Shown here in pieces: positions 7,764-17,079 of a stretch of 47,586 bases of DNA (positions within the stretch are counted from its first letter, which is position 1; every line of letters begins with the position of its first letter). A program made the position numbers and the translations under genes. The DNA is from a virus (lineage: Duplodnaviria; Caudoviricetes): IMG/VR virus record IMGVR_UViG_3300048575_000449, positions 1-47,586 of that record; one strand, written 5' to 3'. The notes under the pieces are model-generated. The model saw nothing but the letters and a program-made list of their open reading frames with translations, was not told where the DNA came from and made no database searches.

Positions 7764-8039
7764 ATGAGCAGCACAGCCGAGCTGTCCACCGAAGTTCTCA
7801 GGCGCCTGCCTGGCCTCTACCGGCGCTGGGAGCTGATCGAGTTCTTCGAGCCGAACCGGAACTACCAGATCGAGGACGCCGGCGCCCACGCCGACGGGAC
7901 GCCGCTGCTGGCGATCTACGTCAGCGATCCCGTCTCCGGCGCCTCGGTAGAGATCGAGCATCCGCCTCGTCCTGACGGCCATCGGCATGCCGGCGGCCTG
8001 AGACGGTTCCACCGATCCGCGAGTAGGAGCCAATCATGA
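7764..8039 (+). CDS. Hypothetical phage protein
   Basis: MSSTAEL...RRLPGLYRRWELIEFF; stop overlaps the next ATG (ATGA). Confidence 0.65.
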   Translation: MSSTAELSTEVLRRLPGLYRRWELIEFFEPNRNYQIEDAGAHADGTPLLAIYVSDPVSGASVEIEHPPRPDGHRHAGGLRRFHRSASRSQS

Positions 8040-8377
8040 TCAGCACCATCACCAAGCTACCGAGCGTCCGTCTGCGGATCAACGAAACCGACCTGTGCGG
8101 CTGGATCGGGCAGGCGGCTCCCGGCGATGTCCTTGAATATTACCGCGGCTTTCTCGCACTGGACACGTTTTCGCATGGGACGCGCCTTCCCGAGCGCGAC
8201 CGCGCGGAGCTCACCCGCATGGCGCGCCGCGCCTGGTGGGCCGGCGAGCAGAAGCTGATCCACCTCGTTCAGCGCCGCCACGGTCCCGACGACTACAGCT
8301 ATCTCGCCATCGCGCGCTCGAAGCCGAAGACGGTTCCGGCCTCGCTCTCGTCGCTGCTGTTGGCGGAGGTCGCGTGA
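8036..8377 (+). CDS. Hypothetical phage protein
   Basis: 113 aa; AGGAG SD; translationally coupled. Confidence 0.8.
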   Translation: MISTITKLPSVRLRINETDLCGWIGQAAPGDVLEYYRGFLALDTFSHGTRLPERDRAELTRMARRAWWAGEQKLIHLVQRRHGPDDYSYLAIARSKPKTVPASLSSLLLAEVA

Positions 8378-8435
8378 TGGGCCCGCACCTCGCCAAGCCG
8401 GCGTTTCGCCCCAGCATCAACGAAGAGGTCTCCCG

Positions 8436-8729
8436 ATGACCACATCAGTTGCAGTGACCGCGCTGCGCAAGCGCCATATCTGGCTCGAAGGGCTGCCGGA
8501 CAGCATTGCCATTCCGGCGCTCGAAGCACGGCAGCGGCCGGCCACCGTCAAGGCGATCGAGGACGCCACGCTCGACGACGTCGCATTCGCGATGCTCGGC
8601 GCGGAGGCCGAGTTCAACGCCGTCGGCGACCGGCTGCATGCGTTGCGCAAGCTCTACGGTCTCGCTCGCCAAGCCGGGGCACTCGGCGCCGACCGCGCGG
8701 TCGATGCGATCTCCGATGGAGGCCGCTGA
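8436..8729 (+). CDS. Hypothetical phage protein
   Basis: 97 aa; GAGG SD; TGATG overlap with the next gene. Confidence 0.75.
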   Translation: MTTSVAVTALRKRHIWLEGLPDSIAIPALEARQRPATVKAIEDATLDDVAFAMLGAEAEFNAVGDRLHALRKLYGLARQAGALGADRAVDAISDGGR

Positions 8730-9562
8730 TGGCGCTGCGCATCATCACGGCCGATCAGCGGCTCGCCGAAGCCCACACCAAGACCACCATGGTGATCTTC
8801 GGGCCCTCGGGAGTCGGGAAGACCTCACTGCTCAAGACCCTGCCGCCGGCGGAGACGCTCTGCATCGATCTCGAGGCCGGCATGAAGTCGGTCCAGGACT
8901 GGCCGGGCGACAGCATCCCGGTGCGCAGCTTCGCCGATGCTCTCGACGTCGCCTGCCTCGTCGGCGGCGTCGATCCGGCGGCCGATGAGAAAACCTTCTT
9001 CTGCGAAAGCCACTACCGGCATCTCGGCGACACCTATCCCGATCTCGTCCGCATGATCGCGGGGAAACGCATCATCTTCGTGGACTCCATCACCGACCTG
9101 ACGCGCCTTGCGATGGCTTGGGCGAAGACACGGCCGGAAGCGCAGTCGGAGCGGACCGGGAAACCCGACACTCGTGGCGCGTACGGCCTGCTGGCGCGCG
9201 AAACCATCGGGCTCCTGAAGCACCTGCAACACGTGCCGGGCCGCACCGTGATTTTCGTCGGGATCCTGGACCGCGTCACCGACGAGTTCAACCGCGTCAC
9301 CTGGCAGCCGCAGATGGAGGGCGGCAAGGCCGCCCGCGAGCTCCCCGGCATCGTCGACCAGGTGATCTCCATGAGCCGGTTCACGCCCGACGGGGACACC
9401 TGGCGGCACGAGCCCGATCGCGGCGAGGTGCGCCGCCTCGTCTGCCAGTCGGCCAATCCGTTCGGCCTGCCGGGCAAGGATCGCTCCGGCCGCCTCGACA
9501 TCACCGAGCCGCCCGACCTCGGCGCGCTGCTCCGCAAGATCAACCAGACCAGCAGAGGATGA
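8729..9562 (+). CDS. AAA_24/Sak4-like P-loop ATPase
   Basis: Walker A GPSGVGKT, IDLEAG, Walker B IFVDSIT, C-terminal KDRSGRL. Confidence 0.85.
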   Translation: MALRIITADQRLAEAHTKTTMVIFGPSGVGKTSLLKTLPPAETLCIDLEAGMKSVQDWPGDSIPVRSFADALDVACLVGGVDPAADEKTFFCESHYRHLGDTYPDLVRMIAGKRIIFVDSITDLTRLAMAWAKTRPEAQSERTGKPDTRGAYGLLARETIGLLKHLQHVPGRTVIFVGILDRVTDEFNRVTWQPQMEGGKAARELPGIVDQVISMSRFTPDGDTWRHEPDRGEVRRLVCQSANPFGLPGKDRSGRLDITEPPDLGALLRKINQTSRG

Positions 9563-10305
9563 CCACCATGTTCGACATGAACGACGCCGAGCCGCAGAAG
9601 ACCGGCGAACTCATTCCAGACGGCACCTTCGCCAAGGTGACCATGATCGTCCGCCCGGGCGGGATCGACGGCCAGAGCGAGATCGACCAGGCCCTGCTCA
9701 AGGCGCCGAAGGATCCCACCAGCGACGTGCGGATGCTCGACTGCGAGTTCACCGTGGCGGAGGGACCGCATGCCAAGCGCAAGTTCTGGCAGATGTTCAC
9801 GGTCCAGGGCGGCAAGGTCGACGAGAACGGCGTCTCGATCGCCTGGAAGATTTCGAAGAGCACCTTCCGCGCCATGATCGACAGCGCGCTCGGCCTCGAC
9901 CCGCAGGACATGAGCGAGGCGGCGAAGCAGAAACGCGTCCTGCGCGGACTTGCCGATCTCTCAGGCATCACCTTCGTCGCCAAGGTCAGGATCGAGGCCA
10001 GCGAGGATGCCCGCTACGGCGACCAGAACCGCCTCGACCGCGTGGTGCTGCCGACCGAGAAGGAGTGGAAGCTCGTCATGGACGGCAAGGACGTGCCGGC
10101 GAGCCCGAGCCGCTCGCGCGGGGCCGGCAGCAAGGCTACGGCCGCGCAGCCCGCCTGGAACCAGACCACGGGTCAAGGTGGACAGCCACCCGCCGCGCAA
10201 CCGCGATCTCCGCAGACGTCCGGTGCGCCTGTCTGGTCGCAACCGACATCCGGCGCCGGCGCACCGGCAGCAAAGCCGCCGGGTCCGGCCTGGCTCAATG
10301 GTTGA
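9559..10305 (+). CDS. Putative ssDNA-binding protein
   Basis: Follows the Sak4-like ATPase (ATGA overlap); OB-fold-like core (LIPDGTFAKV...LDCEFTV..GPHAKRKFW) with a low-complexity tail ending PAWLNG. Confidence 0.65.
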   Translation: MTTMFDMNDAEPQKTGELIPDGTFAKVTMIVRPGGIDGQSEIDQALLKAPKDPTSDVRMLDCEFTVAEGPHAKRKFWQMFTVQGGKVDENGVSIAWKISKSTFRAMIDSALGLDPQDMSEAAKQKRVLRGLADLSGITFVAKVRIEASEDARYGDQNRLDRVVLPTEKEWKLVMDGKDVPASPSRSRGAGSKATAAQPAWNQTTGQGGQPPAAQPRSPQTSGAPVWSQPTSGAGAPAAKPPGPAWLNG

Positions 10306-10308
10306 GCC

Positions 10309-10542
10309 ATGACCGACGACGAGTGGCAGGCGCACGTCACGCATGAAGCGGCCAAGGCGATCGGCGAATGGCTCGAAGGAAGAGGACGGCTTCACCAGCC
10401 AATCCGCTCTTTGACCATGCCCGAGATCGAGGCCATGGCGCAGAACGCCATCAGCCGCTTCATCGTGCTGGCGTCGCAGCGGATCGCGCAAGCACCCGAC
10501 GAGCCCGGGTCGCAGAAGCTCTCGATGCTGCTGTTGGGCTGA
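10309..10542 (+). CDS. Hypothetical phage protein
   Basis: 77-aa ORF within the operon, with typical codon usage. Confidence 0.7.
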   Translation: MTDDEWQAHVTHEAAKAIGEWLEGRGRLHQPIRSLTMPEIEAMAQNAISRFIVLASQRIAQAPDEPGSQKLSMLLLG

Positions 10543-10883
10543 GAGCCTGCACCCTCTGCAGCCGGGAATCCCGCGGCTTCTACTACACGCATCAACTGCG
10601 TCCCGACCGCTACCCGACTTATCCCTTCTGTTCGCTGCGCTGCCTCAATGCCGGCGCCGCCATCGCCAAGAGGAACCACGGCGTGATCGACAAGACCGAG
10701 TTGGAGATGCGGGCGATCAAGGCGGCGCGGCGCAATTTTGCGGAGGTGCTGACCGAGCTCGGGCTGATGGCGCCGTTCCACGACCGAACGCCCGAAGAGA
10801 TCGATCGCATCATCGAGGCCTGCATCGACGGCTTCCAGGACGCCATGCGCCGCGAAACGCTCAACGACGATATTCCTTTTTGA
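10539..10883 (+). CDS. DUF6511-like protein with an N-terminal Cys cluster (start uncertain)
   Basis: CTLC...FCSLRC followed by a helical domain ending DDIPF. The only codon coupled to the upstream stop is CTG at 10539; an alternative start is GTG at 10683. Confidence 0.6.
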   Translation: MRACTLCSRESRGFYYTHQLRPDRYPTYPFCSLRCLNAGAAIAKRNHGVIDKTELEMRAIKAARRNFAEVLTELGLMAPFHDRTPEEIDRIIEACIDGFQDAMRRETLNDDIPF

Positions 10884-10891
10884 GGCCGGTG

Positions 10892-11677
10892 ATGGATATC
10901 GTCGACCTCAACCACGGCTCGGGATTCACTTACGGCCGCGCCCCCGCGCCGCCGCCGATCGGCGAGCGCATTGACGCCCTCGTTGACGGCGCGCTCACGG
11001 CAGAGCGTGCCGTGATACCTGCGCGCGATTATCTCGGCGCGTCCCGCATCGGCGAACCGTGCGCACGCCGGCTCTGCTACGAGCTGATGCAGGTCCCGGT
11101 CGATGGTGGCGCCGATTTTTCCGGGCGCATGCTGCGCATTTTCGAAGCCGGCCATCGTTTCGAGGAAATGACCATCCGGTGGCTGCGGCTCGCCGGCTTC
11201 GATCTGAGAACGCACAAGCGCAATGGCGAACAGTTCGGCTTCTCGGTCGCGGGCGGCCGCCTCCGCGGCCACATCGATGGCGTCATCGTCGGCGGGCCCA
11301 ACGTCGGCATCGAGTATCCGGCCCTGTTCGAGCACAAGGCCTTGAAGTCCTCCTCATGGCAGGACGTCGTCAAGCAGGGGGTCAAAGCTTCCAAGCCGAT
11401 CTATTGGGCGCAGGTCCAGGTCTACATGGCCTACCTCGCGGTCGAGAACACGCTGTTCGTTGCGCTCGACAAGGATACGCAGGCGCTCCGCTACGAACTC
11501 GTCTCCTTCGATCCGCCAGCAGCCCAGGCGCTCTCCGACAAGGCCGTCGCCGTGATCCGCGCAGTCGAAGCTCGCGAGCTGCTGCCGCGCATCTCCGACG
11601 ACGCCGGCTTCTTCATCTGCGCGTTCTGTCCATACCGCATCCGCTGTCACGCGCTTACGCCCGGAGGTCACGCATGA
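10892..11677 (+). CDS. PD-(D/E)XK exonuclease (Cas4/RecB-like)
   Basis: YLGASRIGEPC, GHIDG, FEHK, QVQVYM and C-terminal CAFCPYRIRC. Confidence 0.85.
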   Translation: MDIVDLNHGSGFTYGRAPAPPPIGERIDALVDGALTAERAVIPARDYLGASRIGEPCARRLCYELMQVPVDGGADFSGRMLRIFEAGHRFEEMTIRWLRLAGFDLRTHKRNGEQFGFSVAGGRLRGHIDGVIVGGPNVGIEYPALFEHKALKSSSWQDVVKQGVKASKPIYWAQVQVYMAYLAVENTLFVALDKDTQALRYELVSFDPPAAQALSDKAVAVIRAVEARELLPRISDDAGFFICAFCPYRIRCHALTPGGHA

Positions 11678-12978
11678 CCATCACGCTTTCCGAGAGCCAA
11701 CGCGCGGCGATTACCACGGTCAAGGACTGGTTCGAGAACCGCACAAAGGAGCAGCAGGTCTGCCGCGTGTTCGGCTATGCCGGCGCCGGGAAGAGCACGA
11801 TCGTCAAGTATGCGATCGAGGAACTGGGACTCTCGACGCCGGGAGCCGAGTCGAAGATCGGCGACGTGCTCTATGCCGCCTTCACCGGCAAGGCCGCTCT
11901 GGTGATGACGCGCAAGGGCACGCCCGCGTCCACCATCCATTCGCTCATCTATCGTGTGTCGGAGGCGAGCCCGCAGGAGATCGAGAAGCTCAAGGCCGAG
12001 GTCGCCGAGATCCAGGCGAAGCTGCCGTCGCTCGGAGTTGCCGAGCGATTGTTCGAGGAATCCCGCCTCCGGTCGCTCGAGCTGCGATTGAAGGATGTTC
12101 ACAAGCCGCGCTTCGTGCTCAATTCCGAGTCCGTCCTGCGCGATGCCAAGCTGCTGGTGCTCGACGAGGTGTCCATGGTCGGCGCGGAGATGGCGCGCGA
12201 TCTCCTTGCCTTTGGCAAGCCGACTCTCGTCCTGGGCGATCCCGGCCAGTTGCCGCCGGTCAAGGGCGAGGGCGCCTTCGACACCGACAAGCCCGACGTG
12301 CTCTTGACCGAAGTGCACCGGCAGGCCGGCGACAGCGCCGTCATCCGCCTCGCGACCTGGGCCCGCGAGGGAAAGCCGATTCCCTACGGCGAGCACGATG
12401 AATTCGTGTGGAAGATGCGCCGGTCTGACGTGGACGCATCGGGCCTGCTCCGGGCCGGCCAGGTGATCTGCGGGCGCAACGCCACGCGCATGCAGCTCAA
12501 CCTTGCCATGAAGCAGGCCGCGGGCTTCGTTGCTTCCTATCCGACCGGGGCCGGCGAGAAGTTGATCTGCCTGCGCAATCGCAACGACATCGGCCTGGTC
12601 AACGGCATGTTCGTGACCCTCGGCGACATAGAGGAGGATGGCGACGAGATCGCCTTCAAGGCCGCGATCACCACCGAGGATGGGCACAAGGTTGGTGGTG
12701 AGACCAACGGCAGGCGTGAGCGCTTCCGCATCTATCGCGGCCACTTCGACGATCATCTCTCGCCCGATCCCGATCGGGACCGGCGCGACCATCATAAGAA
12801 ACGCACCCTGATCGAGTGCGTCTGGGGCTGGGCCATCACGTGTCACAAGTCGCAGGGCTCCCAGTTCGAGAACGTCGTGGTGTTCGACGACGGGCTCGGG
12901 CGCACGCCGCAGGATCGTGCACGCTGGCTCTACACCGCAATCACCCGCGCCGAGCGCGGCCTCGTGCTGCTCGATTGA
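11674..12978 (+). CDS. RecD/Dda-like SF1B DNA helicase
   Basis: GYAGAGKS, AFTGKAA, LDEVSMV, GDPGQLPPV, LTEVHRQ, AITCHKSQGSQF, LYTAITRA. Confidence 0.9.
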   Translation: MTITLSESQRAAITTVKDWFENRTKEQQVCRVFGYAGAGKSTIVKYAIEELGLSTPGAESKIGDVLYAAFTGKAALVMTRKGTPASTIHSLIYRVSEASPQEIEKLKAEVAEIQAKLPSLGVAERLFEESRLRSLELRLKDVHKPRFVLNSESVLRDAKLLVLDEVSMVGAEMARDLLAFGKPTLVLGDPGQLPPVKGEGAFDTDKPDVLLTEVHRQAGDSAVIRLATWAREGKPIPYGEHDEFVWKMRRSDVDASGLLRAGQVICGRNATRMQLNLAMKQAAGFVASYPTGAGEKLICLRNRNDIGLVNGMFVTLGDIEEDGDEIAFKAAITTEDGHKVGGETNGRRERFRIYRGHFDDHLSPDPDRDRRDHHKKRTLIECVWGWAITCHKSQGSQFENVVVFDDGLGRTPQDRARWLYTAITRAERGLVLLD

Positions 12979-12985
12979 GGCGCCG

Positions 12986-15970
12986 ATGCTCGACCTCAAC
13001 GACGCGCAACCTGTGTGGCCGGTCGAGCGGTTTGACCTCGATGCCATCGTCTCGCGTCTGCGCGATAGCGCCGAGCAATGGGTTCCGCGGCTGTTCCCGA
13101 ATGGCCGGCGGGTGGGCGATGAATGGCGGCTCGCCAATATCCAGGGCGCCGCGCCGCGCAAGAACGGCTCTTGCGTGATCGCGCTTGCCGGCGAGCACGC
13201 TGGCGACTGGATTGACTTCGACGGTGGTGATGGCGGTGGACCGCTCAGCACATTGGAGAATGCAACGGGACTCAGTGGACGCGAGCTGTTCGCCTACTCG
13301 GCCGATCTGGCAAACCCGTCGGCAGGCCCACAGCCGAGACGGTCCGCCGCCAAGCCGTCGTCCAAGCAGGCCGATCAGGCCCGCGAGATCGAACACATCC
13401 TCTCGAAGGCGGTGCCGATCGCGGGCACGTTGGGCGAGCGATATCTCGCTTCGCGCAGCCTACCGGCTCCCGACTGCTCCGACCTTCTGTTCCATCCTGA
13501 CCTGACGCATTGGGAAAGCCGGCGTGGCTTTCCGGGCCTGGCAGCCGTGGTACGGGACGTTGCCGGCAACCGCATCGCGCTCCACCGCACCTATCTCGCC
13601 GACGACGGCACCGCCAAGGCGCCGGTCGATAACCCGCGCAAAATGCTGGCCTCGATCGCAGGCGGCGCCGTGCGGCTTGCCGACCTGACTAAAGATGGCG
13701 TCATCGGTCTCGCCGAGGGCATCGAGACGGCGCTCTCGGTGATGACTGCCTGCGCGCGCCTGCCGGTCTGGGCAACGCTCTCGGCCTCTAACCTGGAACA
13801 GGTGGCTCTGCCCACCGAAATGCGGAAGGTCGTGCTGCTTGCCGACCACGATCCCTCCGGCGCTGGCGCGCGCGCGGCCGAGACGGCTGCCGCCCGTCTG
13901 CACGCCGAGGGCCGGCGGGTCTTCATCGCCATGCCGCCAAAGGAGGGCGACGACTTCAATGACCTGCTGCTGCGCGACGGCGTCGATACCGTGCGCAGAA
14001 TCGTTGAGGCCGCGGTCGAATGGGGCGCCCACGGCAACGACGACCGCGTGATTCTCGCCATCGACAGCGGCACGCACAAGCCGATCGGCTTCGGGCAGTC
14101 GGATCGCCCCCGACCGCAATTGCGCGCCGACAACGGCGATCTGGCGCGCGCGGTGTCGCAGGCGTGGCAGATTCTGCTCGCCGCCAATGATCCGCCCTGG
14201 ATGTTCCGTGCCGCCGGATGCCCGACCTGGGTGGTGCGCGATGACGACGGACTGCCCATGGCGAAGCCGCTCACCGAGGATCGCCTGCGTCCGGTGCTCG
14301 CCCAACTCGCCGATTGGCGAAAGCTCTCCCGCAACGGCGATCTGATCCCGGCCCATCCACCCTTGGCAGTGATCAAGTCGATCCTGGCCACGCCCGATCC
14401 GGCACTTCCCGTGCTGACAGGCATCGTCACCACGCCCGTGTTCGGCCGCGAGGGCGAACTCATCACCGAGCCCGGCTACCATCCGGCTGCGCGCCTGCTC
14501 TACGACCCGCCCAAGGGCTTCATCCTGCCGCCGGTGCCGACGAAGCCTACGCAATCCGACATCGCCGTTGCGCGGGCTCTTCTGCTCGATGACCTATTGG
14601 GAGATTTCCCGTTCATCGGCGAAGCCGAGCGTGCGCATGCGCTTGCGCTCCTTCTCGTCGGCTTCGTGCGCGCCATGATCGATGGGCCGACCCCGCTGCA
14701 TCTGGTCGAGAAACCGACCCAAGGCACCGGCGCGACCCTGATGGTGGACGTGATGTCGGTCGTCGCGATCGGCTGCCGCGCGAGCGTCATGGTCGAAGGC
14801 AGCGACGACGAGGAATGGCGCAAGCGCTTGACCGCCAAGCTGCGCCAGATCCCGTCCGTCGTCCTGATCGACAATCTGCGCCGGCCGCTCGACTCCTCGG
14901 CGCTTGCTGCCGCGCTCACCGCGCCATTCTGGGAAGACCGCATCCTCGGTGTCTCGGAAACGACGCGGCTGCCGATCCGCTGCATCTGGATTGCCACCGG
15001 CAACAATGCCGAGTTCTCGGGCGAGATGGCGCGCCGGCTTGTGCGCATCCGGCTCGACGCCCGCGTCGACCAGCCCTGGCGCCGCAGCGGCTTCCGTCAT
15101 CCCGATCTCGTGGGCTGGGTGCACGCCAACCGGGCAGACCTCGTCGCTGCTTGCCTGACGCTATGCCGCGCCTGGATCGCGGCCGGCAAGCCGCGCGGGG
15201 CAAAGAACATCGGCAGCTTCGAAGCCTGGGCCGCCGTGATGGGCGGCATGCTCGATGCGATCGGCGTGTCCGGATTCCTTGGCAACATCGACGAGATGCT
15301 CGAAGCCTCCGACGGCGAAGGCGCGGTCTGGCGCGTGTTCGTCGGACAATGGTGGGATCGCTTCGGCACCGCCGAGGTCGGCACCAGCGGCCTCTACGAA
15401 CTCGCCGTCAATTGCGAGCCGCCGCTTCCGCTCGGCACCGGCGGCGACCGTTCGCAGCGAATCCGGCTCGGCAAGGCGCTCGCGCGCATGCGCGACCGGG
15501 TATTCGACATCGCCGGACTCAAGGCGCGCATCCGCGCGATTGGCGTCTCGCATCAGGCCCGCCGCTGGCAGCTCGCCATCGAAGGGGAACGTGGGGAACG
15601 TTTTTCCGACTGCAGCCACGAACAAACAGGGGAATGTGGGGAACGTTTGCCGGACTCCTCCGAAGCAGAAAAAGGGGAATGTCAGGCGTCTGTCGACCAA
15701 CACTCCCCCCAACGTTCCCCGGCCTATCCCATTGATCAAGAAGGGCTCGGGGAACGTGGGGAATGTGGGGAATGTTTTTCCGACCTCCGCGCGTGCGCGC
15801 GCGTACACAATAAGAAAGAAGAGCAAACACGTTCCCCACATTCCCCACATTCCCAAAACGCCGACAATTCAGAGGCTTGTGCCGGGGAACATGGCGGGGA
15901 AGGTCGCCAAGCACGTTCCCCACGTTCCCCAGGCGCAGATTCCCCCGATTGGCTGAAGGGGGTGCCGTGA
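12986..15970 (+). CDS. TOPRIM-domain DNA primase fused to a helicase-like/ATPase-like domain
   Basis: AEGIETALS and LLADHD..G TOPRIM motifs, DFNDLL, and later IDN/ATGNN/RRLVRIRL P-loop-like motifs; GAGG SD before ATG 12986. Confidence 0.85.
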   Translation: MLDLNDAQPVWPVERFDLDAIVSRLRDSAEQWVPRLFPNGRRVGDEWRLANIQGAAPRKNGSCVIALAGEHAGDWIDFDGGDGGGPLSTLENATGLSGRELFAYSADLANPSAGPQPRRSAAKPSSKQADQAREIEHILSKAVPIAGTLGERYLASRSLPAPDCSDLLFHPDLTHWESRRGFPGLAAVVRDVAGNRIALHRTYLADDGTAKAPVDNPRKMLASIAGGAVRLADLTKDGVIGLAEGIETALSVMTACARLPVWATLSASNLEQVALPTEMRKVVLLADHDPSGAGARAAETAAARLHAEGRRVFIAMPPKEGDDFNDLLLRDGVDTVRRIVEAAVEWGAHGNDDRVILAIDSGTHKPIGFGQSDRPRPQLRADNGDLARAVSQAWQILLAANDPPWMFRAAGCPTWVVRDDDGLPMAKPLTEDRLRPVLAQLADWRKLSRNGDLIPAHPPLAVIKSILATPDPALPVLTGIVTTPVFGREGELITEPGYHPAARLLYDPPKGFILPPVPTKPTQSDIAVARALLLDDLLGDFPFIGEAERAHALALLLVGFVRAMIDGPTPLHLVEKPTQGTGATLMVDVMSVVAIGCRASVMVEGSDDEEWRKRLTAKLRQIPSVVLIDNLRRPLDSSALAAALTAPFWEDRILGVSETTRLPIRCIWIATGNNAEFSGEMARRLVRIRLDARVDQPWRRSGFRHPDLVGWVHANRADLVAACLTLCRAWIAAGKPRGAKNIGSFEAWAAVMGGMLDAIGVSGFLGNIDEMLEASDGEGAVWRVFVGQWWDRFGTAEVGTSGLYELAVNCEPPLPLGTGGDRSQRIRLGKALARMRDRVFDIAGLKARIRAIGVSHQARRWQLAIEGERGERFSDCSHEQTGECGERLPDSSEAEKGECQASVDQHSPQRSPAYPIDQEGLGERGECGECFSDLRACARVHNKKEEQTRSPHSPHSQNADNSEACAGEHGGEGRQARSPRSPGADSPDWLKGVP
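15584..15930. repeat. Iteron array (about 17 copies of GGGGAA(C/T)GT in both orientations); probable replication origin
   Basis: Forward copies at 15584, 15593, 15629, 15638, 15674, 15749, 15758, 15767, 15884 and 15896; inverted copies at 15700, 15712, 15829, 15838, 15847, 15913 and 15922 (some degenerate). Confidence 0.8.
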
Positions 15971-16013
15971 TGCCGCGCGCGCCCAACATCGGATTGGTCC
16001 ACGGAGGCGCGCC

Positions 16014-16331
16014 ATGAGCCGGCAGCGTCTTCCCAATCGCCGGCCCAGCCTCACGACCAGGCTCGTGCACGACTGCCGGTCCTATTCGGTGACGGTCGGT
16101 TTCGATCCGAACACCGACCGCATCGGCGAAGTATTCACGCACGGCGCCAAGGTCGGCTCCGCCATGGACGGTATCCTCGATGATGCCTGCATCGCGCTTT
16201 CGCTCCTGCTCCAGCACGGCGTCGAGCCCACCGCGCTCGCGGCGAGCATGGGACGGCTTGGCGACGGCAAGACGCCCGCCTCGATCATCGGTGCGCTCGC
16301 CGACCTCATCGCCCACGAGGCGCAGCCATGA
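16014..16331 (+). CDS. Stand-alone TSCPD/NrdJ-C-terminal-like small protein
   Basis: RQRLPNRR...YSVTVG...IGEVF...IALSLLLQHGV...ASIIG pattern; GGAGG SD. Confidence 0.6.
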   Translation: MSRQRLPNRRPSLTTRLVHDCRSYSVTVGFDPNTDRIGEVFTHGAKVGSAMDGILDDACIALSLLLQHGVEPTALAASMGRLGDGKTPASIIGALADLIAHEAQP

Positions 16332-16528
16332 GGTGGACACCCAAAGGATACGGCGGAGAGCGGCGCACGCCCGATCGGGTCAAACGCGATGGCTGGCACG
16401 AGCACGGCATCCTGGTGGTGAGCGTGCATGATCAAACTCTCACCTGGCCGGAGCGCGAACTGATCCGGCAACTCGGGGGAAAACTTTACGGCAAACGCTC
16501 GACGAACAAGGAGGCGTACCATGGCTGA
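16328..16528 (+). CDS. Hypothetical phage protein
   Basis: 66 aa; coupled to the genes on both sides. Confidence 0.7.
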   Translation: MRWTPKGYGGERRTPDRVKRDGWHEHGILVVSVHDQTLTWPERELIRQLGGKLYGKRSTNKEAYHG

Positions 16529-16958
16529 TTGGACGCCGGCTTGCGTGGAAGCGCGGCTTCACGAGGCAGCGGACGTGATGGCGCGTCTGCCCGAAGTGCG
16601 CGTGCAGGGTTACTTCAACCTGTGGCCGAAGGTTCTCCACGAGTTCAGCGACCTCGTCGGGCAAGAACCAGTGCGGTTGAAGCGCCCGCCGCCATTGCCC
16701 GACGCCATCAGCCGCATGGAGGAGACGCTCGGCTGGCTGCGCTGGCTGGAAGCCGAAGACGCAAAGCTCGCCTGGGCGCGTGCCGAACGCACACCATGGA
16801 AGCCGATTTGCTGGCGCTTTGGCATCGCGCCGGCAACGGCAAAGCGCCGCTGGCAATACGCATTGAGCCTCATCGCCTGGAAGCTCAACGGCCGCTTTGT
16901 CGGCACGAAGACATCGCGGCGCGCGTTCATGGAGCGCGCTCGCATCTTGTCAAGATGA
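16521..16958 (+). CDS. DUF6362-like HTH protein, candidate late-gene regulator
   Basis: AGGAGG SD; C-terminal HTH PWKPICWRFGIAPATAKRRWQYAL; last gene before the cos/late region. Confidence 0.7.
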   Translation: MADWTPACVEARLHEAADVMARLPEVRVQGYFNLWPKVLHEFSDLVGQEPVRLKRPPPLPDAISRMEETLGWLRWLEAEDAKLAWARAERTPWKPICWRFGIAPATAKRRWQYALSLIAWKLNGRFVGTKTSRRAFMERARILSR

Positions 16959-16965
16959 AATCGCC

Positions 16966-16995
16966 GTGTGAGCCAATTTTGTGTGAGCCACTTTT
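16966..16995 (+). repeat. Tandem 15-bp repeat GTGTGAGCCA(A/C)TTTT, candidate late-promoter operator
   Basis: Copies at 16966 and 16981, with a degenerate third copy ATGCGAGAC at 16996. Confidence 0.55.
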
Positions 16996-17079
16996 ATGCG
17001 AGACGGAATCGGCCGACGAAGTGTAGTTTCGCGGCAGGCTCGCGAGAGGCGCGCGCGACGATCGGCAGAGCCGAGTCGC

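Noticed and set aside
11059-11673. Upstream extensions given by the ORF track (helicase from 11059, SSB from 9118, terS from 22045, capsid from 29504)
   Set aside because: They overlap other real genes; downstream starts with SD sequences or stop-start overlaps fit better.
10892-11677. cas4 as part of a CRISPR system
   Set aside because: It sits in a phage recombination/replication operon with no cas1/cas2 or array, so it is a stand-alone phage exonuclease.
15584-15930. CRISPR array
   Set aside because: The repeats are 9 bp, in both orientations, irregularly spaced and inside a CDS; there is no cas operon.
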